From contig OZ024743.1 in assembly GCA_964016885.1 (NCBI GenBank), positions 159,216,001 through 159,280,000 on the forward strand: DNA of 64,000 nt. Reading direction: 5' to 3'. Position 1 is the first letter of the stretch; the number at the start of each line of letters is the position of its first letter. This document shows positions 14,113 through 26,235 of this stretch, piece after piece. Made by a program: the position numbers and the translations under genes. The notes under the pieces are model-generated. The model was not told the origin of the DNA, did no database searches, and was given only the letters and a program-made list of their open reading frames with translations. This DNA comes from Eledone cirrhosa (Eukaryota).

Positions 14113-14600
14113 CCTTCCTGTCAGTTGATTGAACGTTTGAAAGTATATACTTTCCTTATGCATATTCAAACGTGCAATCAACTGACAGCTAATAATCTAG
14201 AAACTAGTTCATCGTTTCTTTGTCAGAGTTGTACAAAATGGCATCGATGGTTGCCGAACACTGTACGGCTAATAATTCGGTCTGTTTGTTTACAAACAAT
14301 CCGAGCATTATAATAAATGTTCGGTAAACCCATACGTACATATATATATATGTGTGCATGTATGCATGTATATACATACTACTGTACGTCTGTATGCATA
14401 TATGTATGTATACATACTTATATTTAAGTGTCAGCCGTACTACGAGTGAGAAATGAAATTTCAATTTTTCCATTTATATATATATATATAGTAATAATAA
14501 TACGTTTGAAGACTAAAATCCAAAGAGGGCTCGATAAGGATAAATATATATCGGATATATAAGAACTGTAGAGCAAATATTTATTAAAATAACAGATTAA

Positions 14601-14651
14601 AGTTTAAGCAAAGAATCTCTGCTTTCACCCTTAAAGGGATCATCTGAAACT
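14601..14651 (-). ncRNA. Hammerhead-like motif with U4A core variant
   Basis: Minus strand: agttt CAGATGA tccc-tttaa-gggt GAAA gca-gagattctt-tgc TT aaact. All three stems pair. Confidence 0.7.
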
Positions 14652-15635
14652 AAAAAAGTCAATCTGTGAACGCAAAAGTAAATATTTCAAAAAACGTTGA
14701 AACCGAAAGAAGACAGGAAGACAATACTTTGGTTCGTGGAAACGTTCTCTAGCAAAGAACGGAAAAAAAACGAAGATAATACGTCATTATTTGGTACCAT
14801 GAAAACAATTACACGCAAAGACAAAACCACGTTCATGGTATAAATGAAGTCGTAGACTAATATTCTATTAGGTGGTTCGTGGGGACGTTCTCTGGCAATG
14901 AACGGAAAAAACGAAGATAATACATCATTATGTGCAGCAATGAGAACAATTACACGCTAAGACAAAACCACGTAAATGGTATAACTGAAGTCGTAGACTA
15001 AAATTCTATTTAGGAAACCGAATTATTCTCGGTTTCAGAGTTAAGAATAAAGTAAATAAAATACAGAGGTAATTGAAATTAAATATATACATACACGCAT
15101 CCATATACGTACATACACAAGCATACGCGAAAACACTCGCCATGGGTATGCAAATACAAGCACGTACACCAAAAAAAACAAAAAAAAACACGCACGCACA
15201 TACAGAACCCACACAACGCCTGTACCCGCACACATACGAAAATATACACCAAATACAGATAAAAATATATATAAAAACATATATACATATACATGTGTGT
15301 GTGCGTGTATACATAATTGAATAAACGTATACGAATATAACTTCAGTTATACCGTTTACGTGGTTTTGTCTTTGCGTGTAATTGTTCTCATTGTTCCACA
15401 TAATGATGTATTATCTTCGTTTTATCCGTTCATTGCCAGAGAATGTCTCCATGAACGTGGTTTTGTCTTTGCGTGTAATTGTTTTCACCGCACCAAATAA
15501 TGACGTATTATCTTCGTTTTTTTCCCGTTCTTTGCCAGGGAACGTTTCCACGAACCAAAACATCGTCTTCCTGTCTTCCTTCGGTTGCAACGTTTTTTGA
15601 AATATTTACTTCTGCGTTCACAGATTGACTTTTTT

Positions 15636-15686
15636 AGTTTCAGAAGATCCAGTTAAGAGTGAAAGCAGCGATTGTTTAATTAAACT
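15636..15686 (+). ncRNA. Decayed paralog of the 14601 hammerhead-like motif
   Basis: agttt CAGAAGA tccagttaagagt GAAA gcagcgattgtttaa TT aaact. Stems II and III are eroded. Confidence 0.5.
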
Positions 15687-16013
15687 TTAATCTGTTATTT
15701 TAATAAATAAATATATATATATATATATAATTTTTGTTCCTTACACGGAACAAAAGTGCTACCTAAGGCTTTGTATAAGCGCCTAAAGAAAGTTCACGTT
15801 GTATTCCAGAGGTAAGGTCAAATTTGGGGATTGAAACTTTGTGTAGCGCTTTTGTTCCGTTAATGAACATAAATAATATAATACTTCTTCTCTTCCCGAT
15901 TGAGCATTGTTTTCCTTTTTCCTTTTCACACCAACAGATACTGCCACACAAACACACACGCACACACTCTCTCTCTCTCACACACACACACCCACACACA
16001 AACACAAACACAA

Positions 16014-16047
<34 letters not shown>

Positions 16048-16164
16048 GTGTGTGTGTGCGCGCGCGTGTGTGTGTGTTTATGATATATATACATATATAT
16101 CCACACATATAAACATGATTGTAATGCATGCATATATGTACGTATGTATGAATGTATTATGTAT

Positions 16165-16240
16165 GGTAAGGTCATAAGTTCGATTCCCAGTGGCGCCTTG
16201 TGTCTTTGAGCAAAACAATTTATTTTGTGTTTATAATTGT
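16165..16240 (+). mobile_element. Fragment of a second SINE type
   Basis: B-box-like aagttcgattccc followed by CORE-like gtgtctttgagcaaaac. Confidence 0.45.
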
Positions 16241-19200
16241 CCATTGCAGGAGATTTTTTTTTATTAGGAATATCTGTTACGGAGAGGTTTTTCTCTCCCT
16301 CCACAATGTATTCGTTACGAAATATTTTTGTTTAGATTGTAATATCCTTTCATATTGAAACAGGGCTTAAAGGAGATTGTGCGTTAACGAATGTGTTCGT
16401 ACGCTATCGTTAGTTGTTTATTAAATTGGTTCATTGTTAGACTGAACTTGCATTTTAGGATATTTTTACATTAGATGATCCTTGTTTTATGTAAGAGTTT
16501 GGTTTCTTCCGCTGTCGTTAGTTGCTTCCAGTACACAAGGAAATTGGACTATAAGAGACAGTAACATTTTTATTAAATAAATAATTGTTATAATATGATG
16601 ATTTGGGCGAAGTTCTATATCAAGACAGTTTTTCAGCCATTAATATTAGTTTTAACATTCTTTCTGTATTTGATTGATCGGACGTAATTTTTCTGTCTTT
16701 AAATAATTACTTTTATTTGTAGTTCACTGTGTCTAGTTCATCTAGCCCATCAGCTTGCAACACTGAAGTTATTCTTTTCATGGTTTTTAATCCAGTGTTT
16801 CACAAGGTGTTGGTTGGAAATCTTAGGAGTTTTAGTCGTTGTTTAGCTCAAGAAAAGCTCTAAAGAGTGAAACCTATGATAGAGGGTATTATAATCGTTG
16901 TTATCCAATATTTATTTTTAAATAACATGTAGAATTACTACATATTTTAGACGGGTGGTTTGAGGAATTCTTAACTGCTGTTTTTATTAGGAGGAACGGC
17001 CACGTAGGATATTCATATAAAGCACATGGTAGTATTTCTCGCAATATTATTTAGGTAATCATGAGATTTAAGGTTTTCAGATGACAAAATGTTTGGCATG
17101 TATCATATGTATGGGGCTGCGTCTGTTTCGCATTAGATTTATAGAACATATGAATGCATTTTAATTCAAAACTCTGCATATTAATTTGAATCATGCGAAT
17201 TTCGGAGAGGAGAGCTAAAGACATGACTGGTATGTGTGTATATATTGTGAGTATAAGTGTGCTTCTATGTGCTTACGCATATAAATGTCACGAGAGAGGG
17301 AAAGAGAGAAACAGCGAGGGTGAGCGAGCGATACCTATCTCTCTGTACACTTATCAATGCGTCTTTCTCTTTCTTTCTCTCTGTCTCTCTCTCTATATAT
17401 ATATACAGACACATGTATATATGGGTGTACACAAATACGTACACACATACTTATATATATATATATATAAAGAGAGAGAGGGGGGAGAGGGAAAGAGAGA
17501 GGGGTAAATAGATAGATAAATAGACAAGAGTAAATAAAATGACCGATACGAAGAAAATAATGTAACAATAAGTCAACCAGTTAGAACAATGTTCATACTT
17601 TTGTTTTACTGCTAAACTTAATTTTGTACTTGAGTAGACAGTAGACTTTGTTTGCAGTCATTGTATTTTTATATTTAAATGAAATCTTGTCATACATATC
17701 TCTTGTCTTTTGTTGAATTCTATTGATTGCCTTAGACTTAATCTTCTGAATAGCAGTCGTAGTAACAACAGAAACATAATATTTTCTAACATAAGCAGTA
17801 CATTGCACAGTTTCAAACTTTAACGAATAATTACATGAATGTTTTAGGTTAGTCAATTTAACAGACTCTGTTATTTAACTGTTACGTAACTAAAACTCCC
17901 TGTTATCTTGAAGGGCGGCATTCAATATTACCTTCGGTAGAAATTGAGCACAAAACGGAAATATCACTAAGCATTTTCCTTGGAAAACTCAGATTTCTAA
18001 ACGTAATTTCCAGAAGTGCAATGAATGATTACAAAATTAAATTGACATAGATTTACGTACTCTCTTCATTCCAAGCTTATATCGTCTCTGTAACTTTAAA
18101 TGAGATGAAATAATCATTCATATAGGTGAAGCTGATATTAATAAATATTCTATGGATTAAAGAGGAAATTGTTTAAGAGTTCATCTTTTTGCTGTTAGTC
18201 AACTAACAATACAAATTACCGAGTGAATAATGTATGGGAAAAACCAGCTACGAAAGTACTGTGTTGGGTTTATTCACTTAACTAGCAATGTTGTAAGCAC
18301 AGCGGATGTGTTATAGAATTTATGAGCGATTCATTCACATGCAGTGATACATTCAACCTCCGATAGATATTACTTACCATCTATAGATTCATTCACTATC
18401 AGAGAGGAATAGTTTTCTCTCATATACTTAACACCATAAAAGCCAGGGACAAACATCAGTTCTTATTTTATTCTTGTGATGACTTAATTAAGTAACTGAG
18501 CTAATTTACTTAGTCCTTTCAGAGACAGCGCTTAAAAATATAAAATTCTTCTTCAAATCAAACCCGTTTTAAAACATAAAGAATCCATTTGACTAATTAT
18601 GTTATGGCAACAGATAGAATGCTTTTGGCTATGGGTCTACTTCGTCAGAGTTGGTCCAGTACTAAACAACAATAGGGATATGATAACATTTCTTTAAATT
18701 AAATAGATATTAGCTTTAAAATATTTCCACTTCGTAACTAATGATGTATGTAAATGAGAATTTAAACGAAATGTATTGGAACATTTTAAAATATGCTGAA
18801 ATTGACCTCGATTTCTTTTTTTCGACAATACCGCCTTATCAACTTTGATATTTGACAGGAATTAATGGCACATTACAATTCTTGCATTAAGGATTATGAA
18901 TATTATCAATTGGCTTATCCTATTATCTAATATGTTTATACTAACTTCCAGATAAGATAATAATAAGAAAATTACATTTTTTATTTCGTGAAAGTTAGGA
19001 TGTAGTGTGTAATTACAGAAACCATATAGCGTTGGTTATACATACATACATCCCAAACCAAACACTAAGAGCACAGGGTTGGGTGCTCTATGTACAGAGC
19101 ACCTAGTACATGTGATCTGAGGATCAGTTATAAGAAACAAATGGCAGAGAGTTTTAGCATTAATGACACTTGAATAGTCTGAAGAGGCATCAACGCAGAA

Positions 19201-19586
19201 ACTTCGAAGTTAGCAAAGCCTTTTCTTGGGAGGACACCCACATATGCACACCCACACATATGCACACCCACACATACATGCATGCATACACACACACACG
19301 CACGCACACACACACACACACGCACAAAGAAATATATATATATATTTATATATATGTATGTATGCATACATTCATATACAGTATAGGTAACTTATAGTAA
19401 ATATTCTGTTTTCTTTATGTGAAGTATTTGAGGGATATTCTTCCCATTTATTTACTTCATATAAACATAAAATCGAACCGCCATCTAACTGTTGAGTCAC
19501 TATGAAATCTTTGTGATTGAATATCTCAATGATCTAAGATTGTGTTGCTTAAATGTACCTCGTCTCTTTTTTCCCTCTTGTCCAAC

Positions 19587-19862
<276 letters not shown>

Positions 19863-20103
19863 CACGTCTCTTTGTATTTCACTTATTTATATCCCATATT
19901 CTTAAATATTGGTATTTGGGTATTGGTAATATTGTTTCCGTGAATGATAATAAATGTTTATAATAAAACAATATATTTATTGTTATTATGTTACATGTTT
20001 CTGTATTAAGATATAGAGTTAGTAAATGTTCTATATTAATAGAAATATGTATATATATATATATGTGTCAATAATTGTATGTATGTATCTCTTTCTCCCC
20101 CCC

Positions 20104-20147
<44 letters not shown>

Positions 20148-21993
20148 GTTTATATTGACGAGTATGTCCATACATACAAATTGAAGTAATATAGCAGATT
20201 ACTTCATAAATAAACCATTACACGTATGTAAAAGGCATGCAAATTACCCGTCTCACACACATATATCGCACAGGATCATACGTACACACAAACACACTAA
20301 TATATAAATAATAAGTATTTCATTGTTGTTAGAGTAGTATTTTAATGTCTTTATCGGTGAATAATCAGACGCATTCTCCGGAACAGTTAGTAGTTTTGAA
20401 AAGAGCTTGCTAAATATGTGAATAGATTTTCAGTCTATTTTATGGAATGGAAGTTTCATTCTACTTAGTAGTGCTCGTGTCAAAACATAAGAATATGTTT
20501 GGAAGATAGGCGTTCGGGGTTGGGAAAACGTCTAATGGAAACAGCCTAATACTTTGTTTATTCCATACCCATGTATACATAAAAGCCGCAAGAGAAAATA
20601 TGAGTAGATTAGTTGTCTTAAAATATGCAAGAGTCTTATTTATAATCTTGAGTATTTATCTTCACAAGTTAGGTAAACATAGTCAGATGTGAAGGTTTTG
20701 TTATGAGAAATATCCATCAATGGGGGATTAATTTTATTGTCTGCTTCAATGAGAATAAAAGAGGTGGGAAAGAGGAAAGAGAAGTTTTTGAAAGTTATGA
20801 ACTTCCTGTTATTTCTTAGACAAAGAAGTAGACGAGGGCAATACCCTTGATCTATTTCAGGGTCTTACCGTACCACTAAGAGTAAGTTATCATTTGAACA
20901 GAGACCTGGTACGAATGCTTTCGAAATAATGAACTTTCTAAATACATTCTCCGGTCAGAGAATGGTGTTAAACTAGGCGAGAGATTAGTAACTCGTTCCC
21001 TTTGACTTGATTTACGCACACTCTCTCTCAATCAAGCTTTACTCCCACTAGTCAACACTAACCAATAGTAGATGACACATGTCCCAAGTACTATGCATTG
21101 AGATAACACCTGAAACAGTTTAGATGCAAATTGAACTCCACAACTACATGACAATGTCTGCGTCCATGTCTCTCTATAAGGAACAGGATCGTGCAAATAT
21201 GGGAACGTGAGGAAAATTTGATCAGTTTGATACCACATATAGAGATATAACAAATTTTAGGTGAGTTATGGTCAAAGAGAAAAACAAAACAAAACAAAAA
21301 CAAAGAAGCTGAATGTCGAAAGTGATTTACATTTGCAATTAAATTACAAAACATTACAAAATTAAAAACAGCGATATATTTTTAAGCCCCATCTTTTCAT
21401 GTGTTCATGCATGTTTAGCCACACCCTATCAGCAATGAGCGAGACATGATCCAACGTGTATCAGTCGTGACAATGCAGACATCTAATGCTTTTGCATGTA
21501 AGTATGTATGCATAACTTTACAGGCATAAACATGAACAGATATTTCAACTCTTATATATGATACAATGTTATACTTATTTACTGAACCAGCAGTAACAGG
21601 CAATACTGTGCGACAAGCCATAGTGTGGCTATATGTCTGCATGTATTTCATTTATACATGCATACATATTGTTATTTGAGCCGTCTAGTTCCACATCAAC
21701 CATTATCAAAGAAACCGATTGCACCTGATCATACTTTCTTCATACTAAAGATAGCGATACGATTGGTATTCAGCTTGAACGTTTGTAGATCGATGACAGT
21801 AAGAAAAATGTGACCCAAGAAGAGATACCAGAAAGCTGGTGAAGAATAATGCTTCACATATGAGTTCAAGAATGATTAAGTTAGCTTTGCAATAACGTTA
21901 TTCTAGGTTCAATCGATTTGCTAAAGACTTTCAACTATAGCGTCAAGTTTCAGTGGAATTTGGTAAAGGGAAACTACGCACAAAACCATCGGG

Positions 21994-22412
<419 letters not shown>

Positions 22413-23089
22413 ATTGTTTGACATTCACGTTGCACTACGGGCAACTCACGGTATTGGTTGTCGGCAAGAGATTATACAGATTTCAGCACCCTCCGACAGT
22501 ATCGTTCACTCCAACTGTGTCGATTTGCATTTATCCACCCAATACTAGGCTTTTCCTTCCGTTAATCTAAGCATATGTACTAAATCTCGTGTAGCTGTAA
22601 CCATTCTGTACGTGTGGCAATTATTTTTTATTACATGCTTTGGACGTATTCACTGTACTCAGCGTTATCTCCCCTTCTACTTGCATCTACAATATCCACG
22701 ATAAAACAAACTTTGCTTCCTTCTTCAAATCACGAGCCTGCACATTGCTGGATATAACTATAAACCAACGACGCCCTCCATCTAACTGAAGCGCAACAAT
22801 TTTATTCTAGTTTCTCAAAAGATTCCCAGACTCTAACACCCTCTTGAGTGCCTAGAAAACTATTTTGTACGGCTAGGGAATAAGGCTAGGAGGTTTCTTA
22901 CATAATGCAATATGATGCGCGAATAAAAACACACTCTTAACTGTTAATTGCACCACCTTCCAGTAATTAGCACACTGAAGAAGTCTGGCCATATTGCAAT
23001 GTTTTGGAGGTCTCATTCGCGCCAGTCACCAATTTCGTACTTTTCTCAGACCCACGAAGACTAGGCTTTATTTTAGAGGTGAGGCTCTT

Positions 23090-24640
23090 TAGTAACTGAG
23101 TCTTAGATCCTAATAGGAGATATCAATGCAAATGCTGGTACTGACTGCTTGACATGGAAAGAAGTGATTGGAAGAAACGGCTATCCCGATCTAAATACGT
23201 ATGAAGAGACCTTATTAGACTTCTGTTTAAATAATGAGCTTTCTATTATGAAAACTTTCTTCCAACACAAATATATTTATAAATACACATGCTATAAGGG
23301 AAACTGGAGACAAAGATCAATGATTAATTTTTGTTATTGTCTCTCATTTTTCGATTCTTTACTGGATGTTCGTGTTAAGTAGGGGCTGAGCTGTCAATTC
23401 ATCTGGTTATCTGCAGTCTGAGACTACCTAAGGCCAAGAGAGCTCACAAGACTTAGACGTCCAGCTCGACCTATAGAATAAAGTAGGAAGCGCTCGCAGA
23501 TAAGGAAGCCGGGAATGGGTTTACAAATACTATTGCATCTAAATTCAGAGTGAGTAAAGACGTCTAAAGGACGTTGGGTTAAGCTGAAACCCGGCTTCAG
23601 AAGAACAGCAAATAAAGTGTTCTGGCAGACCATCCGCTGATTCCGTAATAAGAAGTCCTCTTCCACACCAGCTATGATGAACACGTCTGGTTTTTTTTTT
23701 CTTCAGTGAGGTGCATCCTCGCGAGGTGGAGAATACTTTGCTGATCTCTCAAACCCGATCGCAACAGCATCTCCTAATGTACACGAGTTGCATCGACGAG
23801 GAATGACAAACCTCTTAGAGTCTGAGGTCACAAGAGTAATTAAACAACAAGAATATGACGAGGGATCTGGGGAAGATGGAATTCAATCCAAGATGTTAAA
23901 TGCCTTAACTAGAGAAGGTATTCACTGGATGGCTCTTCTGTGCCAGGTCAGCCGGTTCTCCGGAAAAGCAGTTTTGCAATGGCAATCGGGAGCGATAATT
24001 CCAGTTTCCAAAAAGGGAGATAAAATATATTGCACCAATTATAGAGGAATCTTAATGTTAAGCATCCCGGTAAAGTCTATGCTAAAAGTCTCTCAAAGAG
24101 AGGTAGATCAATTGTCGAGTCCGAGCTATCTGACTGTGGTGTTTGCTCAGGACGAAGCACAGTCAACCAAATATTCACGCTGTAGCTTGTCTTCGGGAAA
24201 TAGTGGCAGCATTGCCATGAGGTGTATTCTTGCTTTGTAGACTTCGAAAAGGCATACAACCGCATTCCACGGGATCTGTTGTGGAAGGTTTTGCTGAAGT
24301 ATGGGATCGATGGACAGCTTCTTGTTGCCAAGGATTGAAATGCGCAGCAGGGTTGGAAGTGATATTGAGACTGGCGTGTGCATTATCTGCAGGCTGGACA
24401 CTTGGCACTACTTATCTCATCAGAAGGTAATCGTTGATATACACTTGATAGGTTTGCTGCACGACAGGAATGAAAATCAGTGCTGCGAAGTGTGAAAACA
24501 CACACCGTGTTAGGGAAGCCTACACAATGAATTCTATAAATTATTGGAGTTCCAGTGAAGCAGATGTAGAAGTTCAAGTATCGCGGGGCCGTGTTCATAT
24601 GTAAAGGAAGGTAGGAAGCTGAATTAAGAGCAAGAAGAAA
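23090..24640 (+). mobile_element. Decayed RTE-clade LINE (Expander/Rex3-like), APE and RT fragments
   Basis: IGDINA, VIGRNGYPDLN..LLDFC..FFQHK..RSMI, DVRVKxGAELS (APE); IIPVSKKGD..CTNYRGI and FVDFEKAY (RT). Many stops and frameshifts. Confidence 0.85.
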
Positions 24641-26173
24641 AAGATTGTTGGCTACCGGCTTTCATTGTTTACGCATTTGCCTTGTTTTTTACCACGTGTT
24701 TTGTTGAAAAAGAAAAGATAACAGCTTGGAATTGATATTCCTTGCATTGACACAGCTTCATTATTGGGAAATGCATCAGTAAGAATACTGAATATACGGT
24801 TATGCTGTTAGGCATAATCTGAAAAATGTGACTTGCATACTACCAGAATATGATCCAAAATCCCATAACCTAGGCGCAAATAACAATAAACAACATAACT
24901 CCAGCCCCCATCGTCAAATATTTGTCGCATATAGAAATACATGCTACATCACTCTTACAGGAATCACAACTATGTTGGGTTTATTTTACATAATATCCTC
25001 CCAGTAATTTCCTTTTTTGATATATTTCCTATGTTTGCCCATGTGTGTTATTTTTCTGAAAGAAAAAAAAAATTATACACGTCTCTTCAATGTGACGGAT
25101 TTCACGGGTGACAATATCTCGTTTGTCTTTGTTATTCTGATGAATATCCATATGTTGCATTTCTACCCGTTTGTTCTGCAACGGATCTCTCACTTTCTTC
25201 ATTTCTATAGTAGCCTGTTTCACCTCAATAGATTTTCGTACGCAATCTGGACCACTAGAACAACGGGATTTCAGTGTTATCTTGTGTTATCTTCTGTTAT
25301 CTTGTGGCAACGAGATTTTTTTATTTATTTTAAACTTAAATTGTCCATTGTTTATTGCAGGTATTTCCCGCCGCAACATGGCCCCAATCTCAACACCGGT
25401 CAGCATTATTTAAGGACAGTGAGTAGATACGACAAAGGCTCTTGTCTGTTTGTTACCTGATTTTCGAAACCAGCTCCAATTCTGTGTCAAAGTGGAATTC
25501 TGTAATTTTGTCTACATAATGAACAGGTAGCGATTTTTGTTTGGTTCTGATGTATAATCAACATTACTATTGATCCTGTGAACAGAGCTGGGCCTTTTTC
25601 TTTTCATTTCCATTAGGGCATTAATTTAATATATAAACGCACACGAGGAGGACAGTACCAAATTCCCCCAAGAGTATTTTGCTTCTCAATGTCAATTCTC
25701 TTGATATCAAGAAGAGGAGAGGAGAGTTGATAAAAAACATTATGGCGCTTATTTCCAGTGCTTGCTTACTTGTCCTGAATATTTTGGTAGTAAAACACCA
25801 TCATCAGAATTTCTTTATTGGCTACAAGGGCCTGCATATAATGGACAATATAATACACAGGGACAGTGGGGATTTACCTATATACCGTGTAAAAAATATA
25901 AATAACGATAACTACCTAACAATACAATTGCAGCAATGAAGATTCCCCAAGGGGGGGGGGGGGTAACCACGATCAACTCAAGTACCCCACTAATCCTGAA
26001 CCACTTGATGTTTCGAGGACACCTGGGAATGGTACCATCTCTCCTCTTCAAATTATCCAGACTACAGACGAATGCTCGGAGTAGACCTATTCACACGGGC
26101 CATTCTCGCTACATTAACCCAACTTTTAGCAAACGTACTGGAGGACACCCTCAGCTTCCTTTGCAAGTGAAAT

Positions 26174-26232
26174 TTCAAAAAGCTGATGAGGGATTGGCCG
26201 AAGAGAAAAGTGTCTGTTTTCGGTCCTTTCAA
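26174..26232 (+). ncRNA. Hammerhead-like motif, partly decayed
   Basis: aaag CTGATGA gg-gattgg-cc GAAG a-gaaaa-gtgtctg-ttttc-gg TC cttt. A15.1 and the base of stem III are altered. Confidence 0.55.
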
Positions 26233-26235
26233 CAT

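Larger units (their letters stand above)
13410..14475 (-). mobile_element. Non-coding HHR-bearing repeat: two head-to-tail units plus one inverted unit (retrozyme/pLTR-like)
   Basis: 13420-13710 matches 13895-14168 directly; 14175-14475 is an inverted copy. Each unit holds the HHR motif. No credible ORF. Confidence 0.8.
14491..15712. mobile_element. Fold-back element between (TA)n tracts with long inverted arms, an internal ~143-bp tandem duplication and terminal HHR-like motifs
   Basis: ~14578-14992 is inversely repeated at ~15338-15708. 14733-14875 is tandemly repeated at 14876-15014. Confidence 0.82.

Noticed and set aside
14733-15014. CRISPR-like or satellite array
   Set aside because: Only two ~143-bp units with no repeat-spacer pattern, in eukaryotic sequence. 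The 28-bp duplication at ~29463-29522 and the 19-bp one at ~45858-45902 are simple local duplications.
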